64,000 nucleotides of DNA from NCBI GenBank assembly GCA_938086785.1, contig CALKCM010000003.1:9930-73929 (forward strand), read 5' to 3'. A program made the translations under genes and the position numbers. Source of the DNA: an uncultured Bacteroidia bacterium. Lineage in GTDB: Bacteria; Bacteroidota; Bacteroidia; NS11-12g; UBA955. The notes beneath the pieces are model-generated. The model was not told the origin of the DNA. It searched no databases and saw only the letters and a list, made by a program, of their open reading frames with translations. Of this stretch, positions 1-9,163 are shown piece after piece; position 1 is the stretch's first letter; the number at the start of each line of letters is the position of its first letter.

Positions 1-348
1 ATCTTTAACTTTTTGCTTGGCTTCCTTAACATCTACATCCGTATCAAACTCCACAGTAATAATGGAAAAATCTTGGATGCTTTGGCTTTTTAGTTTCTTT
101 ACTCCACTAATGCTTTTGATTTGCTTTTCTATGGGTTTCGTAACTAAATTTTCAATATCCTTAGGTGAACTTCCCGGGTAAATGGTTTGCACATAGATTG
201 TAGGCACAACAATATCTGGGAATTGTTCTTTTGGGATGGTATTGTAGGAGAATAGTCCAACAAATGCAATGATTACGGTAATTAAATACACCGTGGTCCT
301 ATTCTCAACTACCCAGCTGGTAGGTTTAAATTCTTTAAATTTACTCAT
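1..348 (-). CDS. RND efflux transporter permease (AcrB/CzcA family), 5' partial; gene continues beyond window start
   Basis: Reverse-strand translation from the ATG at 346-348 gives MSKFKEFKPTSWVVENRTTVYLITVIIAFVGLFSYNTIPKEQFPDIVVPTIYVQTIYPGSSPKDIENLV..., a typical RND pump N-terminus (TM1 then the porter domain). It overlaps the stop codon of the upstream membrane fusion protein gene by 8 bp, consistent with one operon. Confidence 0.85.
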   Translation of the reverse strand, partial: MSKFKEFKPTSWVVENRTTVYLITVIIAFVGLFSYNTIPKEQFPDIVVPTIYVQTIYPGSSPKDIENLVTKPIEKQIKSISGVKKLKSQSIQDFSIITVEFDTDVDVKEAKQKVKD

Positions 349-1501
349 TTTCTTTAGGTCTAACCGCTTCAGAATTGTTTAAAGTAACGATTTGTCCATC
401 ATTTAGATCGGCATTTCCAACAATGATTAACTGATCGCCAGGGCTTAGTCCCTTTGTGATTTCCATTTGAGTGCCACTACTTTTTCCAACGGTTACATCC
501 ACTTTTTTTGCCGCTAATTTGTTGTTTGCAGAATCAAGAAGCATCACAATAGATCCCTCTTCAGTGGTTTGAACTGCATTAATAGGAATAGCAATGGCTT
601 GATCATTTTCATAGTCTGCTATCTTAAGCGTGGCCAGCATATTTGGCTTGGCTCCTTGTATTCCTGGCAGACGTATTTCAATCTTAAAGGTTCTATTTAG
701 AGGGTCAATTACCTTAGAAGCAAAGGTTATTTTTGCATCGACCTCCTTATCTAAATCCTTAAGCTTAATGGTAACCTTATCTCCTTTATTAATTTTAGAA
801 CTGTAGCTTTCAGCTACTTCGGCTGTAACTTTTAAACTTCTTAAATTTACTACTTTAAAAGCAGGGATTCCCGGCGAGGCAGCTTGACCAATTTTAACAT
901 CAATACTTTCAATTGTTCCAGAAATTGGTGAGGTAATGCGGTACATGGCAATTTGTGCATCTATTGCATTTAACTGCTTTTGGGTAGCATCCATTTGGGT
1001 TTTTGCTTGCAAAAGTTGTACTTCCGTTCCAATCCCTTTATCAAAGAGCCTTTTCTGCTTCTCATATAGTGTTTTTGCGAAACTTAATTGCTGTTCTATA
1101 GGAGCTTTACTTTGCACCATTGCATTGGCGTCTAAGGTAGCTAGCGTTTGTCCTCTGCTCACATATTGTCCAGCGCGCACACTTATATTGGTTATTACAC
1201 CTGGAGCCTTTGCCGTTGCAATGGTACTTCTCTCCGCGTCTACTTTCCCTTCAATGGTTAAATAGCTGCTAAAATCTCCCCGAGCAATAGTCATGGTCTC
1301 CACAGATTTGGACTTTGCTCCCCCTTCTGGATTGGCACTCAGAATGGCTTCTTGAAGCTGATCTGCTTTCTTTTGAAGGCCTGTAATCTCTGCCCGAAGT
1401 TCTTCTAATTCAGCTTTTTGCGATGCTAAACCGTCTTTCTTTTGTTCTCCGCAACCAAGAGCCAATAGGCCAATTATATTTAAAAAGATTATTTTTTTCA
1501 T
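341..1501 (-). CDS. RND efflux periplasmic adaptor (membrane fusion protein, HlyD/AcrA family)
   Basis: 386 aa. N-terminal lipoprotein signal (LLALGC), then a coiled-coil (ELEELRAEITGLQKKADQLQEA), lipoyl and beta-barrel MFP architecture. It lies between the TolC-like and RND genes. Confidence 0.85.
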   Translation of the reverse strand: MKKIIFLNIIGLLALGCGEQKKDGLASQKAELEELRAEITGLQKKADQLQEAILSANPEGGAKSKSVETMTIARGDFSSYLTIEGKVDAERSTIATAKAPGVITNISVRAGQYVSRGQTLATLDANAMVQSKAPIEQQLSFAKTLYEKQKRLFDKGIGTEVQLLQAKTQMDATQKQLNAIDAQIAMYRITSPISGTIESIDVKIGQAASPGIPAFKVVNLRSLKVTAEVAESYSSKINKGDKVTIKLKDLDKEVDAKITFASKVIDPLNRTFKIEIRLPGIQGAKPNMLATLKIADYENDQAIAIPINAVQTTEEGSIVMLLDSANNKLAAKKVDVTVGKSSGTQMEITKGLSPGDQLIIVGNADLNDGQIVTLNNSEAVRPKENE

Positions 1502-2871
1502 TCTTCTATTACTTTTTTTCCTAGTGATTTTTTGATTTCAATTTTTGATAATATTACATCGTTCATGATGGTTTGATACGTCGTGTTGGCCGCAACAAGG
1601 TCCGTTTCTGCTTGAGTAATCTCAATAGCTGTACCAACTCCTTCAGTATATTTAATTTTTGTTCTAGCGTAAATATCCTTAGCTAGGGCGATGTTCTTTT
1701 TTTGCTGATTCCAAAGATTCAGATTATTCTGATAATTTATTTTTGCATTTAAGAATTCCAGAGATGCGTAGCGTTTAAAATTCTCCAAATCATTCGCTGT
1801 TTTCTTTCGGTTATTTTTGATTTCACGAATTTTACTCTTGCTCGCGAACCCATCAAATAAGGTGAGCGATAAATTAACGCCAATGAGCGTGCTTGGAATA
1901 AAGCTGTTGTTTGGGCTTAAGTTGCTTTCAAAAAAGTTAAACTCAGGTCTTTGGGTACTCTGTTGATGTTGAATAAAAGCGGCTATGGTTGGGTATTTAC
2001 CAACCTTATATCTTTTCTCATCCAATCGGCTTAAAAGCAGTTGCTGGTCAAAGAGTTTTACCTCAATTCGCTGCGCAATTGCATCAACGTTCATATCTGG
2101 CAGGCTAATTATGACATTTAAATCATCCAAAGCATCTTTCAGAACAAGCTGGTCAGTAACAGGAAGACCTAACTGAACTTTAAGGACATTTATAAGAAGT
2201 TCAACCGCACTTTCTATTCTGCTTTTTTGGGCGATCAGGTTACTTCGAGTGAGTTGTAATTTATCAATATCTAATTTTTCAATAAACCCCTCAGTGTACA
2301 TTGCACTCATCATACTTAGGTTACTATCTACTGTGCTAATATTGCTTTCTACTACACCTAGGTTTGCATTTGCTGCGACCGCTTGAACATAAGCACTGGA
2401 GACTTGATATTCCAGGTCGCTTTCAGATTTTATATGCAGGAGATCGCTCACTTTTGTATATTCCTTGGCTGCTTTTAATCCTAAAAAATAAGTACCATCA
2501 AAAATTAGTTGCGATGCTGTAATATTTGCATTCATTCCTATTTTTTGCTGAAAGCCAATTTTGATATACTCCGGGGAGGTACTTGCAAAATTGGGCACCC
2601 AGCTTTGGGGAACTTGAAGGTAGTGATTGTAGCCAACTCCAGTTGTAATTTGGGGCAAACCCGTCGCTACGATTTGCTTGACAGTTTCGTGTGAATTGTC
2701 TACATCCAGTTGACTGTTCTTTAGCAAAAGGCTGTTTTCTTTCGCATAATCAATGGCTTCTTGTAAGTTAAATTCATGCGTACTTGGCTCTTCTGTGTTT
2801 GACTGGGCTTGAAGGTTTGCATGCACAAACCCAAACCATACAAACGCCAGAAAAAATGTCTTTCTTACCAT
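1498..2871 (-). CDS. TolC family outer membrane efflux protein
   Basis: 457 aa with a signal peptide and a two-repeat TolC-like architecture. Its stop and start codons overlap the flanking operon genes. Confidence 0.8.
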   Translation of the reverse strand: MVRKTFFLAFVWFGFVHANLQAQSNTEEPSTHEFNLQEAIDYAKENSLLLKNSQLDVDNSHETVKQIVATGLPQITTGVGYNHYLQVPQSWVPNFASTSPEYIKIGFQQKIGMNANITASQLIFDGTYFLGLKAAKEYTKVSDLLHIKSESDLEYQVSSAYVQAVAANANLGVVESNISTVDSNLSMMSAMYTEGFIEKLDIDKLQLTRSNLIAQKSRIESAVELLINVLKVQLGLPVTDQLVLKDALDDLNVIISLPDMNVDAIAQRIEVKLFDQQLLLSRLDEKRYKVGKYPTIAAFIQHQQSTQRPEFNFFESNLSPNNSFIPSTLIGVNLSLTLFDGFASKSKIREIKNNRKKTANDLENFKRYASLEFLNAKINYQNNLNLWNQQKKNIALAKDIYARTKIKYTEGVGTAIEITQAETDLVAANTTYQTIMNDVILSKIEIKKSLGKKVIEE

Positions 2872-3578
2872 ATTATTTTGTTAAATTCTTCTAATCCTTT
2901 AGTGTTTAGTATACCTTTTAAGTGGTAGGTTAAATGTTGTTTGTAAAGTTCCTCTACAGATTTATTACCCATTGGATACTCTATAGGGTTAAATAATTCG
3001 TAACAGGTGTTTATATAAATATGTGATATGATCTCAACGTCAAAATCGAGGCGATAGAATCCTTGTTCTTGTCCGGATCTTAAGTTGTTTTCTACTATTT
3101 TGTATGATCGATGATCTCTATGAGTCATTAACTTATCAAAAACAGAGGGGTGGTATTTTCGCAAATCATGCATGAAACTTGGGTTTTCTTGCTTGCGGGT
3201 TTCAATCATTGCTTTTGAAATGTTAAATACCTGTTGAACGGGATTGACTTCCGATTCTAAGATATCATCAATCACAGAATCAATTCTTTGTAGCTCTCCA
3301 ATAACCACACTTTCAACCAAACTGTTTTTATCCTCAAATTCAGTGTATAGCGTTTTCTTAGATACCGAAAGTTCTTTGGATATATCATCCATGCTTGCGC
3401 CTCGCACCCCGCATTTCATAAATAGGTTTCGTGCCGTGGCAGTTATTGTTTCCTTCAGGTTCATTAAAAACGCTGCAAAGATAAAATTATATTCGAAGAG
3501 GAAACTATTTTTTTTTGAAAGTTTCTCGATTATTTCCATGCGTTTATGGAATTGTTCATCTTTGGAAGCGCTCCACAA
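2865..3578 (-). CDS. TetR/AcrR family transcriptional regulator (probable repressor of the downstream efflux operon)
   Basis: N-terminal TetR-type HTH (TATARNLFMKCGVRGASMDDISKELSVSKKTLYTEF). It is the first gene of the TetR-TolC-MFP-RND minus-strand operon. Confidence 0.75.
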   Translation of the reverse strand: MWSASKDEQFHKRMEIIEKLSKKNSFLFEYNFIFAAFLMNLKETITATARNLFMKCGVRGASMDDISKELSVSKKTLYTEFEDKNSLVESVVIGELQRIDSVIDDILESEVNPVQQVFNISKAMIETRKQENPSFMHDLRKYHPSVFDKLMTHRDHRSYKIVENNLRSGQEQGFYRLDFDVEIISHIYINTCYELFNPIEYPMGNKSVEELYKQHLTYHLKGILNTKGLEEFNKIIW

Positions 3579-4743
3579 TAAACCATTCCTTTACTCCCTG
3601 ATGCGTCGTAAAGTAAATTTGATGCCTGGAGGATTCCTTTAGCTTCAGTTTTTTCATTATTTCAGCGGGTTTTAAAGGGTAGGTTTTACAGGTAACACTG
3701 GCATTTAAAATGCCTAACTTAGTGAGTTCTTTCTTGAGCTGTTTCATTCCACCCTTTCCTTTTTCAAGGATAACCCAAAACTTTCCATACCACTTTGGCA
3801 ACAGCGATGCTCCGCAAAAGAGTGTTTTATTTTCGTTGCATGGTTTTAGAACAAGCCCCAGTTTCGAGGAATGCAAGAAATTACTTTTGATCAGCGAAGA
3901 ACTGGGCTCCCACAAGATCTCAGATTCAGTAGGAGTTATAAGGGCTTCCGTATTTTTATTTATGCGATGTGTTTCTGTATGAATGGATATAATTTCTAAA
4001 AGACCATTTTGTGAGGGAGAAAGATGGCAAAGGACCTCTTTTACCTCTTGTTGGTAATCTATTATATACACATCACTATTCGGATGGATGTTTTCCCTTA
4101 TCCAGGTTAAATCGGTGGCCGGGCTGAGTTTAATCCAAAGGTCTTTTTTTATTTCTGGATGGGTTTCCAGTATGCTTAATATATTTGGCGAAAACACCGT
4201 AGCATCTAAGCCTTTGACGCCCTTTTCATCTCTTCGGTCTGGATCTATGTAATAGGTGTCAAACGAAATACCTGTACTTGCAAGAAAATCCTCTGCGCTG
4301 CTATGGACTCTATTCACAGATGAGGTGCCAAGTTTGTCATAATTACTGCGCACAATGATATTCAAATCCTCATTCGTGTCTAGTGATATAATTTCCTTGT
4401 ACTTCTTTGAAAGTGCCCAGTCATCCACACCTAATCCTCCAGTTAAGCTGAGCAAGTTATCTCCTCCTTTAAAAAGCTCCTTTTTAGCCATAGCAACTGC
4501 TTCTGAAGTACTTTGCTCATAACTTTTGGGCAGGTAAAAACACTGGTGTTTATGCCAGGTTGGAATTTTCTTAAGGGCTTTAGGTATTATTTTTCTTTGC
4601 ATGGTTGCAAAGCGCCCCATGCTTTTACCATATGTCTTCTCCAACTTTGTTTGGGCACGCAAATCATGCGTATGATTGATATATATATCTTTAACAAAGC
4701 TTGTTTCTTGTAGTAATTTAATATTTTCGCCCGATATTTGCAT
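3556..4743 (-). CDS. class I SAM-dependent methyltransferase (TGS1/Methyltransf_15-like with C-terminal THUMP-like region)
   Basis: 395 aa. MTase motif I LSLTGGLGVDDWALSK sits in the N-terminal half. The size and layout match the bacterial approximately 390-aa methyltransferase family. Confidence 0.55.
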   Translation of the reverse strand: MQISGENIKLLQETSFVKDIYINHTHDLRAQTKLEKTYGKSMGRFATMQRKIIPKALKKIPTWHKHQCFYLPKSYEQSTSEAVAMAKKELFKGGDNLLSLTGGLGVDDWALSKKYKEIISLDTNEDLNIIVRSNYDKLGTSSVNRVHSSAEDFLASTGISFDTYYIDPDRRDEKGVKGLDATVFSPNILSILETHPEIKKDLWIKLSPATDLTWIRENIHPNSDVYIIDYQQEVKEVLCHLSPSQNGLLEIISIHTETHRINKNTEALITPTESEILWEPSSSLIKSNFLHSSKLGLVLKPCNENKTLFCGASLLPKWYGKFWVILEKGKGGMKQLKKELTKLGILNASVTCKTYPLKPAEIMKKLKLKESSRHQIYFTTHQGVKEWFIVERFQR

Positions 4744-4753
4744 AGAAATAGAT

Positions 4754-4888
4754 ATGAAAAAAGCAAAGTTAACATTAGCACTTGTAGTTTTTGTTATGAG
4801 TTTAGCTTCTTATGGAGCAAGCTGTAAGAAAAAAGATCGATGCCCTCAAATGGGTGAGAGTTCTCCAAAAACAGAATTAGCCAAGTAA
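4754..4888 (+). CDS. small putative lipoprotein (44 aa)
   Basis: MKKAKLTLALVVFVMSLASYGASCKKKDRCPQMGESSPKTELAK: a signal peptide followed by Cys. Its TAA stop overlaps the ATG of ytxJ (TAATG), so the two are translationally coupled. This rests on the ORF and signal peptide only. Confidence 0.3.
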   Translation: MKKAKLTLALVVFVMSLASYGASCKKKDRCPQMGESSPKTELAK

Positions 4889-5226
4889 TGTCAGGGTGGA
4901 ATGCCCTCAGTACCAATGAGGATTGGAACGATGCGCTTAGTGCTTCTGAGAAGGGGCCAGTAGTTTTATTAAAACACAGCACGCGCTGCAGTATAAGTTC
5001 AATGGCCTTAAACAGGGTAGAACAATCGCTAGAGGATTTGTCTAAGGTAGCTTCTTGTTACCTCCTTGATTTAATTGCCTATCGAGATATTTCCAATACG
5101 ATAGCCTCTGCAATGGATATAAAACATGAATCGCCACAAGTATTGGTCCTAAAAAACAGGGCTTGTATTTATACTTCGAGCCATTATGATATTCGACCAT
5201 CTACTATTTTAAAAAGCATCGAATAA
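4888..5226 (+). CDS. ytxJ: bacillithiol system thioredoxin-like protein YtxJ (monothiol bacilliredoxin family)
   Basis: 112 aa. Conserved VVLLKHSTRCSIS motif (a YtxJ-type T-x-C-x-I-S single-Cys active site) and the typical 108-115 aa length. Confidence 0.75.
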   Translation: MSGWNALSTNEDWNDALSASEKGPVVLLKHSTRCSISSMALNRVEQSLEDLSKVASCYLLDLIAYRDISNTIASAMDIKHESPQVLVLKNRACIYTSSHYDIRPSTILKSIE

Positions 5227-5343
5227 ACTATCAAAAATCTACTAAGCATTGGCGACTCAGAATTCTTTGAACACACGGTTGTTGAGGAAGATTTAGCACA
5301 ATTTAATGCAGTTGTCGTACATCCTTTTTACTCCACATTTGCA

Positions 5344-5622
5344 TTGGGAAGAGATGCAGAATGGTGTTGCAGATTATTTGTTTTAAAATGCAAAGAAGAC
5401 CATGAGGAGGGGATAGGTACATTTCTGAATATTACCCATCACTCGCCTGCTTTATTGGGCGAAACTGTCATTATTCAATCTAAAATATCTGAATTACAGG
5501 ATCGCACAATCAATTGTACCTTTGAGGTGAAAGTAAAGGATCGAGTAATTGCTACTGGAAGCCAAGGACAAAAGGTTCTACTTAAATCAAAAATAGAACA
5601 ATTAAAATCAAACCTCAGGTGA
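5344..5622 (+). CDS. hotdog-fold thioesterase (FlK-like thioesterase family); the conserved N-terminus extends upstream to about 5227 with no canonical start codon
   Basis: FALGRDAEWCCRLFV...EGIGTFLNITHHSPALLGETV matches the fluoroacetyl-CoA thioesterase-like hotdog family (catalytic T/E then H). Frame 1 is open from 5227, directly after the ytxJ TAA stop, and encodes conserved residues (IGDSEFFEHTVVEEDLAQFNAVVVHPFYSTFAL). The first ATG/GTG/TTG in frame is the TTG at 5344. Confidence 0.6.
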   Translation: MGRDAEWCCRLFVLKCKEDHEEGIGTFLNITHHSPALLGETVIIQSKISELQDRTINCTFEVKVKDRVIATGSQGQKVLLKSKIEQLKSNLR

Positions 5623-6068
5623 AAAATCCTCGGATAAATATTAAAAATCGCAAAGCTACTTTTAACTATCATGTTGAGATAACCCTGGATTGTGGAATGG
5701 TCTTAAAGGGTTCGGAGGTGAAATCCATTCGGAATAATGATATTAATATGGGAGACTCCTACATTCGTATGGAAGAGCAAGAACTTTGGGTGTATAATAT
5801 GCATATTGGCTTGTATAAGAACGCCGGCTTTAATGCACATACAGATCCCTTAAGAAAGCGCAAACTCTTGGCCAATAGGTACGAGTTAAAACGGATCGAA
5901 CAAAAGGCCAAAACTAAGGGCTATACCATGTTCCCCTTGCGTTTGCATGAAAATGAGAAGGGTGTCTTTAAACTTGAAATAGGTTTAGGGCAAGGGAAAA
6001 AATTATACGATAAACGCGACGATTTGAAGCAAAAAGATATTAAAAAGCAAATCAAACAATACCTTTAG
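5619..6068 (+). CDS. smpB: SsrA-binding protein SmpB
   Basis: 149 aa with strong SmpB similarity (ATFNYHVEITLDCGMVLKGSEVKSIR...RKRKLLANRYELKRIEQKAKTKGYTMFPLRLHENEKGVFKLEIGLGQGKKLYDKRDD). GTG start overlaps the upstream stop (GTGA). Confidence 0.9.
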   Translation: MKNPRINIKNRKATFNYHVEITLDCGMVLKGSEVKSIRNNDINMGDSYIRMEEQELWVYNMHIGLYKNAGFNAHTDPLRKRKLLANRYELKRIEQKAKTKGYTMFPLRLHENEKGVFKLEIGLGQGKKLYDKRDDLKQKDIKKQIKQYL

Positions 6069-6200
6069 CCATTTCTGCAAGCAATGTGGCATACGCTATG
6101 CCCCCAAATCATTGAGATCATATCTAATTCGATACTATTGTTCAATCTTTAGGGTATATTTTAGTAGAGATGTATTAATTGGCCAATAAGAATTGTATTT

Positions 6201-9035
6201 TTGCAGATTCCACGAGAAGGGCAAAAATTGAGTCAAAAAATTATTGAAATTATAGGTGCTGAAGAGCATAATTTAAAGAATGTAGATTTAGACATTCCGA
6301 AGGATAAACTGATTGTCTTTACCGGAATTAGTGGTAGTGGCAAAAGTAGCCTTGCCTTTGATACCATATTTGCCGAAGGTCAGCGAAGGTATTTAGAGAG
6401 TTTTAGTGCGTATGCACGCCAATTTATTGGGGATATGAAAAGGCCTGAGGTGGAAAAAATCAACGGTTTGAGCCCGGTTATTTCTATAGAGCAGAAAACC
6501 GTAAGTAAAAACCCCAGAAGTACCGTGGGCACCATTACCGAGGTATATGATTTTTTGAGACTCTTGTACGCAAGATCAGGAGAGGCTTATTCTCATATTA
6601 GCGGAAAAAAAATGAAAAAAATGCTCCCTCAGGAAATTTTCGATCACATTGCATCGAACCTTGAAGGAGAAAAGATTACCATTCTGGCACCCTTGGTAAA
6701 AAGCAGGAAGGGTCATTACCGTGAATTGTTTGAGTATTGGCGGAAAAAAGGGTACGAATTGGTTCGCATTAATGGAGAATTAACAGAAATTGTATCGGGC
6801 TTAAAATTAGACCGGTACAAAACGCATAACATTGAACTAGTAGTTGATCGCTTAACGGTGAATGATAAAAAAGCCCGTTTGGAAAAAAGCTTGCAATTGG
6901 CTCTTAAGTTGGGAGAAGGCACCTTTTACTTGCTGCATAAGAATACGTTCATTCCTTACAGCAAATATTTTATGGATCCAGAGAATAACTTGAGTTATGA
7001 AGATCCACAACCCAATTCATTTAGTTTTAACTCGCCGCAAGGGTATTGTCAAACCTGCGAAGGCTTGGGTTTAACAGCCGCTATTAACGAGGAGTACATT
7101 ATGCCCAACAAAAAGTTGAGCATTAACAAAGGCGGTATTGTGCCCGTGGGCGAGCTAAGGGATAATCATACCTTTACCTTACTTAGAGCTTTAGCTAAAC
7201 AATACGGGTTCTCATTAGCTCATCCCTTGGAAAAGTTAAGCGAGGAAAATTTAGATCGAATCTTAAATGGATGCGAGGAGAGTATTGAAGTGTTTAGCAC
7301 TCGTCCAGATGGCAAGAAATCATCCTATCTAGCAAATTTTAAAGGTGTACTGCATATTGTTTCGCAGAGTTATTACGAGTCGCAGGACGATAAAATGAGA
7401 GCTTGGGCGGAGGAGTTTATGCACAATACCATTTGCGAAACCTGCCAAGGAGCTCGCTTGCGAAAAGAGTCTTTAAACTTTAAAATAGCCGGTAAAAATA
7501 TTTCCGAAATAGGAAATATGAGCATCGAATCTGCATATGAATGGTTAAAATCTGCCCCGGAACAGTTTACCGAAAGACAAGCGATTATTGCTACGGACCT
7601 TTTAAAAGAAATTGTTACCCGTGTGGAGTTCTTAATAGGGGTTGGCCTTCATTATTTATCACTAAACTCACCGGCGGGCATACTGAGTGGAGGGGAAGCG
7701 CAACGCATACGCCTAGCCACTCAAATAGGAAGCCGTTTGCAAAACGTTCTATACATTTTGGATGAGCCGAGTATTGGTTTACATCAGAGAGATAATGAAC
7801 GATTAATAAATAGTTTAAAGGAACTGCGCGATACAGGAAATACAGTCATTGTAGTTGAGCACGATAGAGATATGATGCTTGAAAGTGATTTTTTGGTAGA
7901 AATAGGTCCAGGTGCAGGAAGGCATGGAGGAGAGATTGTGGCCAAAGGAGATTTGGAGACCTTTAAGAATTATAAGACGGTTACTGCCCAATATTTATCC
8001 GGAGAATTGAGCATTCCTACTCCCAAGAAAAGGCGCAAGCCAGGAAAAGATAAAATTGTGTTGACGGGTTGCAAGGGAAACAATTTAAAAGATGTTAAAC
8101 TGGAATTGCCATTGGGAGTATTTACCTGTGTGACGGGGGTAAGTGGTAGTGGAAAATCGTCCTTAATCAATCAAACCCTTCACCCCATCCTGCATAACCA
8201 TGTAAACAGAAGCCATTACAGACCCTTGCCATATTCGAAGGCCAAAGGGATTGAGATGGTAGATAAGATTATAAAGATTGATCAATCTCCCATTGGTCGA
8301 ACGCCAAGAAGTAATCCGGCCACATATGTGGGTGTTTTTACCGATATACGAACCCTTTTTGCGGGACTACCAGAATCTAAAATACGCGGTTATAAACCCG
8401 GAAGATTTAGTTTTAATGTAAAAGGAGGGCGATGCGAAGGCTGCAGAGGCGGGGGCCGAAAAGTTATTGAAATGAACTTTTTACCCAATGTAGAGGTGCT
8501 TTGCGATGTATGTCAAGGAAAAAGATACAATAGAGAAACGCTGGAGGTGCGGTACAAGGGGAAAAGCATTTATGATGTCTTAGAGATGACCATTGAACAG
8601 GCTGTTGCATTTTTTGAGCCCATTCATTTTATTCATCGCAAACTAATTACCCTGCTCGATGTAGGGTTGGGATATTTAACCTTAGGCCAAAGCAGTACCA
8701 CGATTAGTGGTGGAGAGGCCCAAAGGGTAAAATTAAGCACCGAGTTAAGCAAGCGCGATACAGGAAACACGGTATATATTTTGGATGAACCCACCACAGG
8801 TTTGCATTTTCACGATATTCAACAATTGCTTAAAGTCCTTCAATCCCTGGCAGATAAAGGCAATACAGTTATTGTTATTGAACATAACATGGACGTAATT
8901 AAGGTAGCCGATTGGGTTATTGATGTAGGCCCAGAAGGGGGCAATGGAGGAGGAGAAATTGTTGCCAAAGGCACTCCAGAACAAGTAGCCAAAACAAAAG
9001 GGCATACCGCTCGATTCCTGAAGGCTGAACTTTAA
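6201..9035 (+). CDS. uvrA: excinuclease ABC subunit A UvrA
   Basis: 944 aa with two ABC ATPase modules: Walker A GISGSGKSSLAF and GVSGSGKSSL, signature LSGGEAQR twice, and zinc-finger cysteines. The start may be the in-frame TTG at 6228 (LSQKIIEI...). Confidence 0.95.
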   Translation: MQIPREGQKLSQKIIEIIGAEEHNLKNVDLDIPKDKLIVFTGISGSGKSSLAFDTIFAEGQRRYLESFSAYARQFIGDMKRPEVEKINGLSPVISIEQKTVSKNPRSTVGTITEVYDFLRLLYARSGEAYSHISGKKMKKMLPQEIFDHIASNLEGEKITILAPLVKSRKGHYRELFEYWRKKGYELVRINGELTEIVSGLKLDRYKTHNIELVVDRLTVNDKKARLEKSLQLALKLGEGTFYLLHKNTFIPYSKYFMDPENNLSYEDPQPNSFSFNSPQGYCQTCEGLGLTAAINEEYIMPNKKLSINKGGIVPVGELRDNHTFTLLRALAKQYGFSLAHPLEKLSEENLDRILNGCEESIEVFSTRPDGKKSSYLANFKGVLHIVSQSYYESQDDKMRAWAEEFMHNTICETCQGARLRKESLNFKIAGKNISEIGNMSIESAYEWLKSAPEQFTERQAIIATDLLKEIVTRVEFLIGVGLHYLSLNSPAGILSGGEAQRIRLATQIGSRLQNVLYILDEPSIGLHQRDNERLINSLKELRDTGNTVIVVEHDRDMMLESDFLVEIGPGAGRHGGEIVAKGDLETFKNYKTVTAQYLSGELSIPTPKKRRKPGKDKIVLTGCKGNNLKDVKLELPLGVFTCVTGVSGSGKSSLINQTLHPILHNHVNRSHYRPLPYSKAKGIEMVDKIIKIDQSPIGRTPRSNPATYVGVFTDIRTLFAGLPESKIRGYKPGRFSFNVKGGRCEGCRGGGRKVIEMNFLPNVEVLCDVCQGKRYNRETLEVRYKGKSIYDVLEMTIEQAVAFFEPIHFIHRKLITLLDVGLGYLTLGQSSTTISGGEAQRVKLSTELSKRDTGNTVYILDEPTTGLHFHDIQQLLKVLQSLADKGNTVIVIEHNMDVIKVADWVIDVGPEGGNGGGEIVAKGTPEQVAKTKGHTARFLKAEL

Positions 9036-9163
9036 GAAGGCCTGTGCCTTAAGGCAGCCGTAAAAAATAAACAGAGAATAGTGGTTTTAACGCTAAATAC
9101 CTCGAGCGTGAATCGAGAGAGGGGTGAAAAGCAAATTTCTGGGCTTTGCGCCTAAAATAACAG

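Noticed and set aside
936-1265. 109-aa plus-strand ORF inside the membrane-fusion-protein gene
   Set aside because: It lies entirely antisense within a well-supported MFP coding region. The sequence is low-complexity and Cys/Phe-rich, typical of antisense translation.
5227-5343. Possibility that ytxJ and the thioesterase are one fused gene
   Set aside because: An in-frame TAA (5224-5226) separates them in the sequence as given. I kept them as two genes but flagged the anomaly as a finding.
9040-9065. TGCCTTAAGGCA palindrome after uvrA
   Set aside because: It is a 12-bp perfect palindrome with no loop or T-run. It may be a weak terminator or a chance palindrome, and is not convincing.
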